Shown one piece after another: positions 13,301 to 25,300 of a stretch of 64,000 nucleotides of DNA (its first letter is position 1; each line of letters opens with the position of its first letter). The position numbers and the translations under genes are program-made. This DNA comes from Octopus vulgaris (lineage: Eukaryota), in NCBI GenBank assembly GCA_951406725.2, contig OX597814.1:103044001-103108000 (forward strand), read 5' to 3'. The notes under the pieces are model-generated. The model did not search any database. It was not told where the DNA came from and saw only the letters and a list, made by a program, of their open reading frames with translations.

Positions 13301-16300
13301 GCAAGAACGCGTTGAGTGTTCGAGGATGAATTTGGAGATGTGCCAAGAAGATGAGTTAGAATTTTTCAAAAGACTGATTACACAGGATGAAACCTGGGTC
13401 CATCACTATGATCCAGAAACCAAAGCCCAGTCAATGCAGTGGAAGCACTGTGACTCACCTCCTCCAAAGAAGGCAAGGGTGCAGCCCTCCACTGGCAAGG
13501 TCATGCTCACAGTCTTCTGGGACCAGGATGGAGTAGTGATGACAGATTTCGTGGCAAAGGGTACCACAATTACAGGAGCCTATTATGCTTCACTTTTGAG
13601 GAAATTAAGAGAAGCTATCAAAATCAAGAGGCGGGGCAAGATCAGCAAAGGCATCCTCCTCCTGCAGGACAACGCTCCGGTCCACAACTCGCGTGTCGCT
13701 AGATCAGAAGCACAGGCATGCGGCTACGAACTCCTCCCCCATCCCCCCTACTCTCCTGACCTTGCACACTCTGATTTTCACCTCTTCCCAGCCATGAAGT
13801 TGTTTTTGAAAGGAAAGCGTTTCCCAGATGATGCAGCCTTGATTTCTGAAGTCACGTCGTGGTTGGAGGACCAAGCTGGGGTCTTCTACAAAAACGGTCT
13901 CCAGAGCTGCATCAAATGATGGGAGAAATGCATAACTCTGGGTGGTTCCTATGTAGAAAATGACTAATAGCTGTGCCAAGTTTCGTTGCTCTACTGCTAT
14001 GCGAAGTGGGTCAGGGGCATTACTTATTGAACGCCCCTCGTAAGAAAGAAGACAGCGCTAGAGATAAGTAATGCGAGTAGAACATACTGTTTGAATAGAT
14101 GACTAAAGAAGATATAAGAAATGGTGATTGCTGAATTTGATAATGGAGAGGACAAGAAACTGCAGCAAGTGGTAAGATGCCGTACTGGAAAGACCTACCC
14201 AACCTATACCAGCATGGAAAAGCCCATACAACGATATCATAATAACAAAGAGACAAATGTAGAAACTTTTATGCACGAGAGAGAGAGAGAGAGAGAGAGA
14301 GGTGGAGCAAAGCAATAAGTTGAAAATTGGGTTTTAAGAGGTACCTACATAGTGCTTGGTGCTTCTTGTAAGTCCAACATTTGAAGAGATGTTGCTAAAT
14401 AAATAAAATTGAAACAGTACAAAGAAATTATTTGATTCTTCTCTGCAAACTGGAACAGAAAGTATTTTCAGAAAGAGTTATAGAATAACAAGAGTGTTTC
14501 ATCTTTAAATTCCATGGACCATCTTTAAGCTATACGAATCCTCTTTAACCCTTTAGGGTTCAGATTAATCTGTCAAGTGTAATGCTTATTCATTCACGTT
14601 ATTTTCAATTATTCAGGTTCAAGAGGGCTGTCCACTATATTTGCTTGTAACTTGGTTAATTTTTTACATACAAATTCGAAATTTTGTCAATGGGTGGCTT
14701 ATATACCAGTGGATTAGAGTTATGTAATTTTAATGAATAGGCATAAAAGCAATAACATTATGAATAAACACTAAAATTCAAATTCTTAATGCATCTTACC
14801 CGTTTGATTTGTTACTAATTCTATCCCAACAATTTTGCCACTTTAATTTGAATTAATTAAAATACAGGTATAATTAGTACCAGATTTTATTCTTTATATC
14901 TCATTCAAACATTTTCATGAAAATAAAGTACAAAACTCTTTTACAAGTCAATATACCATTGGCTTATACAATTTAATGAATACATTTATATAACAGAATG
15001 CATCTAATAAAAAAAAGCTCATTAACAGGTGAGGCAAAGGTGAATACAGGTGTGTAACATACTGAAAATTAATATGTATTTCTCACTTTCACATTTTATT
15101 TGTAAGAAAATGAAAGGAGTATGTGATATTACTATCAAACAACAAAATAAATAGTTATGCCATATTTCTATAGTCAAACTGTCCAAAGTACCCTTTACAC
15201 AGGGCACTTGGCAAAACGAACACACGTGGTCTTGACCTGATATCCTTTCGCAGTTTTTCTGTTTTACAGTGAACACAGCCTGCAAACATTTTTCCTTCCA
15301 TTTATTTTTCCCACTTTATGGAAGTCAATATTCCTCTATTGACATCCATCTCAGTTAATTTTGCTTTTCTCCCAGTTTTGAGCTTTCTGGAAGAAAAGCC
15401 ATCATATAAGTGAGATGCAATGTCAACCTGAAATTGCAAATGGTTGTAGTCCTTTGGTAGTGGTATCTTGTGACTTTTTACATAATCAATATATGAATTA
15501 ACTAGAGTTAGACATAATGTTGGAGATAAATGGATCACCATACCTTATATCAGGATTCCACCAGTTCCACAGTTGAGGAGGCTGCTTGATACCAATTGTT
15601 TAGAGCAAAAAAAAGCTTGCATTTCTGCAGTATCAGTTGGCTGCCATAGTGGATCGGGTCTTCCACGAATAGAAATTATGCGCTGAGCATATTTGTTTCC
15701 TCCGTGACAGTTTCAAAAAAACTTTGCGGTAAAAATGAAAATAAACAATCCAATGGTTGAGCATTGGAAAGTAGACAATATTGTGGACTAGTCTTTTCTG
15801 TGAAATTGGGAATTGTGGTTGATGAAGTAATCTATAAAACATGTTGCTGTAATCTCGTCCGATGAAGATTCATAAACATCATCAAGAGTAAAAAACCTTC
15901 AAAGTTGGAATCATTACTTGCTGATGCCATAGCGTTAAAAACTAAAATATACACTTCTCTTCAAATATTGAAAAATCCAAGAGGTCTCAAAAATTTCACC
16001 ATATTCTTACTTGAATAAAGGTAGGAAAGGCTTTATCTTGCCTTATCTCAAAGCTCCAAGAATTCAATAATGTGATTTGTTTATTTTTCTAAGATTTCAT
16101 AGCGGAATCAGATACGGCTGGATATTGCTAGTTTGAACATAAACTGGGCAGAATATTTTGACCAGGTTCCTGTGTTGGTGGCACGTAAAAAGCACCATTC
16201 GAGCGTGGTCATTGCCAGTGCTGCCTGACTGGCTCCCGTGCCAGTGGCATGTAAAAAGCACCATTCAAGCATGGTCATTGCCAGTGCTGCCTGACTGGTT

Positions 16301-19300
16301 CCTGTGTTGGTGGCATGTAAAAAGCACCCACTACTCTCTCAGAGTGGTTGGCGTTAGGAAGGGCATCCAGCTGTAGAAACCTTGCCAGTCCTCAGTCAAA
16401 CCATCCAATCAATGCTTGCATGGAAAGCAGACATTAAACGATGATGATGATCTCGCAGTTTTAAACACTAAAGGATTAATGTAGATGCAACCTGTTTATG
16501 CTACATCAATGACTGAAGATTTGTTCTCATATAAAACTACTATGAAACTCCAAACAAGTTTTAATACAAAACGGTTTACTGTTTTAAATATTCATCATTG
16601 TGAGAAAATTGTTCAACATCACCATCACTTAATGTCCATTTAATGGACAACAGACATTAAATGATGATGATGGGTCGGACAGTTTAACCAGAACTGGCAA
16701 GCTGCACCAGACTCCAGTTTGATTTGGCATGGTTTCTATGGCTGGACGCCCATCCTAACATGCCAACCACTTTACAGAGTGTGGCTGGATGCTTTTACAT
16801 GGCACTGCACAGGCGCTTTTACTTGTGCTTTTTGCCACGAGTTCTTTTCACCGCCAGAGGAACTGGTCTTAACACTTCTGCCGTGAAATAGGGGTCTTCT
16901 TCAGTACATGTTGTTATATTATTATTGTATTACCTATGTGACTTTTACCAATGCAAGATTAGGTGATTCTAAAACAGCAATTACTTTTTTTTTAGTGCTA
17001 ATCACTCAACCATGGAGTAACCTGTGTCAGTGAGGTGAATATATCAATATTAGTCATGTGTAACATTATGGCTTTAATGTTGAATTCATAAAGATATGGT
17101 CTGTAGGTTTATATGTTCTCTTTTTCCCTATTAAATAGACTTTACAGTTGACACAGTGACCATGGGAGATCCCAGCAGTTATTAATTTTAAAACATTGAT
17201 AATCATGTAACACTAACTGCTTTTATATAATCCATTTGTCTTAGGAGAAGTCATATTTTAAATTCTAAAACTTTGCCATAAGGCAGTGAGCTGGTAGAAT
17301 GGTTAGCTTGCAGGGTGAAATGCTTAGTGGCATTTCATCCATCTTTGCGTTCTGAATTCAGGCGGCACTGGCAATGACCCATGCATGAATGGTGCTTATT
17401 GCGGGCCACCAGCACGGGAGCCAGTCAGGCGGCACTGTCATCGGACACAACTACAATTTCCATTTGATTTGATTTTGATTTTACTTGACTCAATAGGTCA
17501 TCCTCAAGCACAGTATCTGGTGAGACAATTCAAAAGTACTTTTTAAATGGGTTGGTTATGTGACACTGGTGTAGGCTACAGCTGTGATCTCACTTTACTT
17601 GCGGAGTCTTCTCAATCACAGCATATATCCAAAGGTCACGGTCTTTTGTCATTGCCTCTGAGAGGCCCAATGTTTGAAAGTCATGCTTCACCACCTCATC
17701 CTATGTCTTCCTGGGTCTCCCTGTTCCATGGGTTCCTTCTACAGTTAGGGTGTGACACTTCTTCACACAGCTCTCCTCATCTATCCATAGCACATGATCA
17801 TAGCAGTGCAGTCATCTCTCTTACACACCACATCACATGCTTCTTGTGTCCAACATTTCTCTCAGGGCACTTACTCTGTCATGTGTGCACACTGACATTA
17901 CACATCCAGCGGATCATACTAGCTTCATTTCTTTCAAACCTACGCATGTTTTCAACTGTCACGGCCCATGTTTCATTGTTGTGTAGCATGGCAATTCGCA
18001 CACATGCATCATACAATCTTTCACTCTGAGTGAGAGGTCCTTTGTCACCAGTAGAGGTAGGAGCTTTCTGCACTTTGCCGAAGTTATTCTTATTTTAGTG
18101 GCAATGCTCTCTGAGCATCCACCCCAACTACAGACTTGGTCACCTAGCTAGCAGAAGCAATCAACTACTTCTAGTTTCTCCCTGGCATGTGATGGAATCA
18201 GTTTTCTGAGCATTTGCAGTGTGTATTGCCCCCTGTGCATCTGCTGCACACAAAAGCTATCTTCCCAATTAACCTTCCTTTGATGTTGCTGCACCTCTTA
18301 TGTGTCCATAGCTTACATGGGTACATCTTATGGAGTTTCTACCTACACCTTTTCTACAGATTGAGCAGGGCCATCTACCTGAAAGGGTTTGTGATGTGTT
18401 CACCTTTCTACTTACTAGGACTTGGTGAACCCCTACTTCTACCCGAAATTCTTCACTATACTCATTGCCGACCCTTACCTTGGTAATTGCATCCCTGTAC
18501 AGTTCTTATTAACCACTTGTCAATCCCCAGTTTCCGCATTGCCCACCATCGAGGGACCCTGTCAAAGGCTTTCTCTATAGAAATCTGCCATAGAATTATC
18601 TCTAATTAAATATTGAAATAAAATGATTAAAAAGAAAAAACAAAAGTTAAAAGCATGAAAGACAGAAACTTACCACAGTCACCAGCAACTTTTTGAAAAG
18701 TCTGTAAAAATATGGAAAATACACATCAATATTAATATAACTATAATAATTACTGGGCACACATCCATCTGCTGTTACACTCAGTGAACAAAGAAGGTAA
18801 ATCACCTTTAATGGAAAATCGACCCTTTGACAACTGACTCATCAGGAGTTAAACATCCTTCACTGTAGTAAGTAGCATTTCAGTTTGGTAGCCAAGGAAG
18901 AGTTGCAGAATGACAAGTAGATAGATACTATATATACATGAGTATGTGTGTATATATATCATCATCATCATCATCGTTTAACGTCCGTTCTCCATGCTAG
19001 CATGAGTTGGACGGTTCGACCGGGATCTGGGAAGCCAGAAGGCTGCACCGGGCTCCAGTCTGATCTGGCAGTGTTTCTACAGCTTGATGCCCTTCCTAAC
19101 GCCAACCACTCCGTGAGTGCTTTTTACGTGCCAGGGGAGGCTGGCAACGGCCATGATCAGATTGGTGATTTTTACATGCCACCAACACGGAAGCCAGTCA
19201 AGGTGGCCTTGGTATCAGGCACATTTGGATGGTGCTTTTTACGTGCCACTGGCACAGGGATCACAACTACAATTTCCATTGATTTTTGATGTTGGTGTAC

Positions 19301-22300
19301 TTAACTCAATAGGTCTCCTCAAGCACAGGGTCGAAACGGTGTTTCTTTACTTGCCACCTGCACAGGAGTCAGTCCAGTGGCACTGGCAACTGCCGGGTGC
19401 CAGTCATAGGATTGGTTCAATTTCGATTCCGATTTCACTTGCCCCAACAGGTCTTCACAAGCAGAGTTTAGAGTCCAATGAAGGGAGGTTGGCGTGGATG
19501 CCAGTGGTCGGATGATGTTTGATTTCGAATTCAATTTAGACTTCACTTGCCTCAACAGGTCTTCGTGTGTCCAAGGAAGGAAAGGCATGCATAAGTGGGC
19601 TGGCTACATTCCTGGCAAGGGACACGGGATGGACTCACTTGTCCTGCCGGGTCTTCTCACGCACAGCATATTTCCAAAGGTCTCGGTCATTAGTCATTGC
19701 CTCGGTGAGGCCTAATGTTCAAAGGTCATGCTTCACCACCTCGTCCCAGGTTTTCCTGGGTCTACCTTTTCCACGGGTTCCCTCAACCGCTAGGGATTGG
19801 CACTTTTACACACACCTATCTTCATCCATTCTCACCACATGCCCATACCAGCGCAATCGTCTCTCTTGCACACCACAGCTGATGCTTCTTAGGTCCAACT
19901 TTTCTCTCAAGGTACTTACACTCTGTCGAGTATGTACACTGACAATACACATCCATCGGAGTATACTGGCTTCATTCCTCGTGAGCTTACGCATGTCCTC
20001 AGCAGTCACGACCCATGTTTCACTGCCATGTAGCATGGCTGTTCGTACACATGCGTCATACAGTCTGCCTTTTACTCTGAGCAAGAGGCCCTTTGTCACC
20101 AGCAGAGGTAAGAGCTCCCTGAACTTTGCCCAGGTTATTCTTACTCTAGCAGTTACACTTTCAGCACACCCTGGTCACCTAGGTAATGGAAGCTATCAAC
20201 TACTTCTAGTTTTTTTTCCCTAGAAAGTGACGGAAGTTGTTTTCTGCAGATTTTCAGTGTTTATTGCTCCTGAGCATCTGCCACATGCAAAAACTATCTT
20301 CCCAGTTAGCATTCCTTTGACATTTCTGCACCTCTTATGTGTCCATAGCTTACACTGGGTACATCTTATAGAGTTTCTACCTACACCTTTTCTACAGATC
20401 GGGCAGGGCCATCTACCTGAAGGACTTTTGTTTTAGCTAGGTTGACTCTAAGACCCTTCGATTCTATTCCTTGCTTCCACACCTGAAACTTCTCCAGTTC
20501 TGATAGTGACTCAGCAATTAGAGCAAGGTTGTCAGCATAGAGGAACTCCCAGGGGCATCCAGTCTTGAATTCCTCTGTTATTGCCTGGAGAACTATGATA
20601 AATAGGAGGGGGCTGAGGACTGAACCTTAGTGGACTCCTACCTCTACCCGGAATTCTTCACTGTACCCATTGCCAACCCTCACCTTATTAACAGCATCCT
20701 CCCTTAGACTATAGTGAGGGATGCACATAATAAGCATTCCATATTTTGATGGCCTAGCAAGGTCAGTCAGGCATCTACAGAGGAATGTAATATTTCCAAA
20801 ACATTGTGTGTTTTGATAAACAAATGCATCTGCAACAAAAGCAATGCCAAAAGAGAGCACTGTGAATGCCTGGCCTGCTTGTTGTTGTTGTAGTAGTAGT
20901 AAAAATAATGGTTTCAAATTTTGGCACAAGGCCAGCAAGTTCAGGGGAAGGAGTAAGTCAATTACATTGACCCCGTTGTACAACTGGTATTTATTTTATT
21001 GACCCTGAAAGGATGAAAGGTTAAGTCAACCGCAGCAGAATTTTAACTCAGAATGTAAAGATCATAAAGAAGAAAGAAAATGGTGTCAAGCCCTTTGCCC
21101 AGCATACTGATGGTTCTTTATAATAACAACAGTTGGCCTGATGCAATACCAGGCAGTGGCTCCCATGGCTTTGGATCTCAACTGACTTGAAGTGTTAACA
21201 TGTACGCATTTCTCTTGGTGTAAAAGATGGACTAGAGCAAATATTCTGCTCAATCCCATAGATTTGCTTGTCAGCTGCTTGACTGTAACCAATTGAGCAT
21301 GTCCCCTTAGTGGCTGATGATATGTGCATCTGTGATCCCAAGTAGGAGTAGTCGGGGAGTGTCATATTGAGAGGAATTCTTTGGGGTTTGAATAGTTCAT
21401 CCCAGGAAACGTGGGTGTTTAGTTCATCATCCTAAAACAGCCCTTATGCAGAGATATGTTAAGCAAGACAAACTACCTGACCCAAAGAAAATTCTAATTG
21501 GGTTCCACCGGCAAGGTCATGTGCTGTTTACTTTGATATGAGATTATCATGTTGCACACATATGGTTGTGATGCATGTACATTTGTACCTCAGCATCACT
21601 TTGGTGGTATATGCTGCTCTTTCACTCAATAACAATAATAATGATGACATGTTCAAATATATTACCAAGTTAATACTGGTAGAAATTAAAAATACTTACT
21701 GGATCATTATAAAGTTGATTTTTTGAAGCTTTCTTACCACAAGCAATGGCATTTCTGGAAAGAAAAGTTTAAGATAAAAAAATAAAATTTTGTGACAAGT
21801 AAACTGGGTACATCTTATAGAGTTTCTACCTATGCCTCTACTACAGATCAGATGCTCGGGAGCGATAATCACTGAAAATGTGCAGAAACCAACTTCCGCC
21901 ACATTCCAGGGAGAAAAACTAGAAGTAGTTGATAGCTTCCGTTATCTACGAGACCAAATCAGTAGCGGAGGAGGGTGCACTGAAAGTGTAGCTGCTAGAA
22001 TAAGAATAGCTTGGGCAAAGTTCAGAGAGCTCTTACCTCTGCTGGTGATTAAAGGGCCTCTCGCTCAGAGTAAAAGGCAGACTGTATGACGCATGTGTAC
22101 GAACAGCCATGCTACACGGCAGTGAAACATGGGCTGTGACTGCTGAGGACATGTGTAGGCTCGCGAGGAATGAAGCCAGTATGATCTGATGGATGTATAA
22201 TGTCAGTGTTCATACTCGACAGAGTGTAAGTACCTTGAAAGATAAGTTGGAACTAAGAAGCATGAGATGTGGTGTGCAAGAGAGACGACTGCACCGGTAT

Positions 22301-25300
22301 GGCCATGTGGCGAGAATGAATGAGGATAGCTGTATGTAAAAGTGCCACACCCTAGCGGTTGAGGGAACCTGTGGAAGAGGTAGACCCAGGAAGACCTGGG
22401 ATGAAGTGGTGAAGCATGACCTTCGAACATTAGGTCTCACCAAGGAAATGACTAGCGACTGAGACTTTTGAAAATATGCTGTGCTCGAGAAGACCCGGCA
22501 AGCCAAATGAGACCATAACCAGTGGCCTATGCCAGGGGTGTAACCAGCCCGCTTATGCGTATATTTTCCGTCTTTGGTCACTAAACTCTGCTTGCGAAGA
22601 CCTGTTGAGGCAAGTGAAATCAAAATCAAAATCAAAATCAATTCGATGACTGGCATCCGTGCTAGCGGGGTGCAAAGAGCACCATACGAGTGTGATCGTT
22701 GACAGAGCGGCTATTCGAGTATGATCGTTACCACCGTCGCCTTACTGGCACTTATGCCTGTGCTAGTAGGGTGCCAAGAGACCATCCGAGCATGATCGTT
22801 GCTAGAGCAGCCAACTGGCTTCCGTACCCGTGGCACGTAAAAGGGCACCATTCGAGCGTGATCGCTACCAACCTTGCTTCACTGGTACCTGTGCCGGTGG
22901 CACGTGTAAAAAGATTTGAGCAAGGTCATTGCCAGTACCACCTGACTGGCCCCCGTGCTGGTGGCATGTAAAAAACACCCACTACACTCTCAGAGTGGTT
23001 GGAAGGGCATCCAGCTGTAGAAACTCTGCCAGATCAAGATTGGAGCCTGGTGCAGCCATCTGGTTCGCCAGCCCTCAGTCAAAATCGTCCAACCCATGCT
23101 AGCATGGAAAGTAGACGTTAAACGACGATGATGATGAAGTAAACAAGACTTTAACAGTAAATGTTTCTATATTTTCTCAATGCTTTTCCATGCAAGCATG
23201 GGTTGGACAGGATTTTTTAAGGCAGTGTTTTATAGGTAGATACCCTACTTGACACCAAGCCTAATAGTCACCTTTTATGATGTCTGGGGATACAGTGCAC
23301 CCATTCTAACAACCAGGAGACACACCTAAAGCAAATAAGTGAATAAAACAATGAGGGGGGAAAAGGGGAAATGAAGGGGTTTCCCTTGTTATGTATTTAT
23401 CACTGGGACCCCAAGTCTTCCAACGATATTTCAATGTTTTAACACATAAGAAAAAAGCAATTTTAAAAAATAATCTGAAATACTATAGGCATGGCTGTAG
23501 GGTAAGAAGTTTGGTCTCCAATCACAAGGTATCGGGTTCAGTTCCACTGCATGGCACCTTGGGCAAGTGTCTTCATCTATAGCCTTGGGCCAACCAAAAG
23601 CTTGGGAGTGGATTTGGGAGATGGAAACTAAAAGAAACACATTGTGTGTGTGTATACACCTTTGTTTGTCCCCCAACACCACTGGGCAACTGGCGTTGGT
23701 GTGTTTATGTCCCTGTGACTTAGCAGTTCAGCAAAAGAAACTAATAGAATAAGTACCAAGCTTATATAAATAGGTATTCTTCATATTGATGCTCCAGCAT
23801 GGCAGCATTTTCATGACTGAAACAAGTAAAAAATACTTACAGGGATTCAACAGCATTTTCATCAACGGTTTTCTCTTTTTCCATTGTGAGGTACTGCAGA
23901 GCACTTTCGAAAGTACCACCAGCAGCTGAAATGTGAAATAACAAGAATCAGATCCTGTATTCATTTGTATATAGCATATGTGAATTGTGTAATAATCAAC
24001 ATCATTATTTAACATCTGCTTTCCATGCTAGCATGGGTTGGACGATTTTGACTGAGGGGTAGCAAACCAGACGGCCGCACCAGGCTCCAATCTTGATTTG
24101 GCAGAGTTTCTACAGCTGGATGCCCTTCCTAATGTCAACCACTCCAAGAGTATAGTGGGTGCTTTTTACGTGCCAGTCAGGCTGTACTGGCAATGACCTC
24201 GCTCAAATCATTTTACATATGTCACCGGCACAGGTGCCAATAAGGCGACATTGTGTAATATACACTGATTTACTTAGTCAAATCATGGTGTTTAGTTAGA
24301 TTTATTGTAGCTGTTTAAAACACGTTGGAAAAGTTTGTTCATCCTCAAAGCAAAAAGTATATTTCGAAACTGACCACAGTCTTTTTGAAGTAGGCTGTAA
24401 AAGCATATCTATTGTAAAGTAAATGAGTACAGACGGTTATAAGAAGACGAAAAGCACTGGTGCCGCAGAAAAAGCACAGAGTACACACTATAAAGTGGTT
24501 AGCATTAGGAAGGGCATCCAGCTGCAGAAACCATGCCAAAACAGACACAGAAATCTGATGTGGGTCCTGGTTATGTCAGCTCCTGTCAAACCTTGCAACC
24601 TATGCCAGCATGGAGAATCGATGTTAAATGATAAACACACAATGTAAATATAACCATTTCATTACTTCCATTTTTCAATAAAAACATATAGATAGATGGT
24701 TCTTTATAAAATTTAGAGTATTTAAGGAACACAAATATTTGTTTTTATGTCCACATTTTGGAAGTATGATGGAAGTGACAAGCACAAGTATTTGGCCAAA
24801 AGTGAGTTATTTGGTGCCACAAAAATGCATTCAGTACACTGTAAACTGATTGGCCATTAGAAAGGCACCCAGCCATAGCAACCATGCTATAGGAATCCAA
24901 CTTAAAAAAAGATATGACGCCAAAGAGTGCTCAATTTTAATGGAGCCAGGGTCTCAGAGGCAATGACAAAGAACTAAGACGATTGGTGATCTGCAATGCT
25001 GGAGAAGACTCACCTATGCAAACATGACAAATAAGAACTTAAAAACCACCAGTGGTAATGATGGAAGCTAAGAAGCATCTACATTTGCTGTCTCTTTGGT
25101 ACTCTTTTGGCTCTCTCGTCTTCTGTACTTTTCCAGATCTCTTCTATTCCCATTAACCAGTGATGGCACTGGACCTGTCTGACCTCTCTATCATATCATG
25201 CTGCTCATGTAGTGGAGTATGGTAAGGAACCAACACATATTCACTCTTCTCACTTCCCTCTTTATCAGTTTGTCATCCACCATTAAGCCTCTGCACTGGA

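Noticed and set aside
14800-14820. Frame-neutral 21-nt candidate CDCA8 microexon (ELVTNQT) with strong donor CGG|GTAAGA
   Set aside because: The acceptor GTTGGGATAG lacks a pyrimidine tract and the site lies inside a piggyBac remnant; not needed for the ORF.
16157-16330. Regularly spaced repeats resembling a CRISPR array (also 22660-22980)
   Set aside because: The whole unit repeats with no unique spacers; these are tandem units in the RTE 3' UTR, in a eukaryotic context.
16933-16968. Candidate CDCA8 exon with a TTTTAG acceptor
   Set aside because: Available donors give an in-frame TAG or a phase incompatible with exon 7.
19567-20223. 218-aa plus-strand ORF and many similar 60-180 aa ORFs in the track (including LQLDALPNANH peptides)
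   Set aside because: Antisense or alternative frames of RTE copies and their UTRs.
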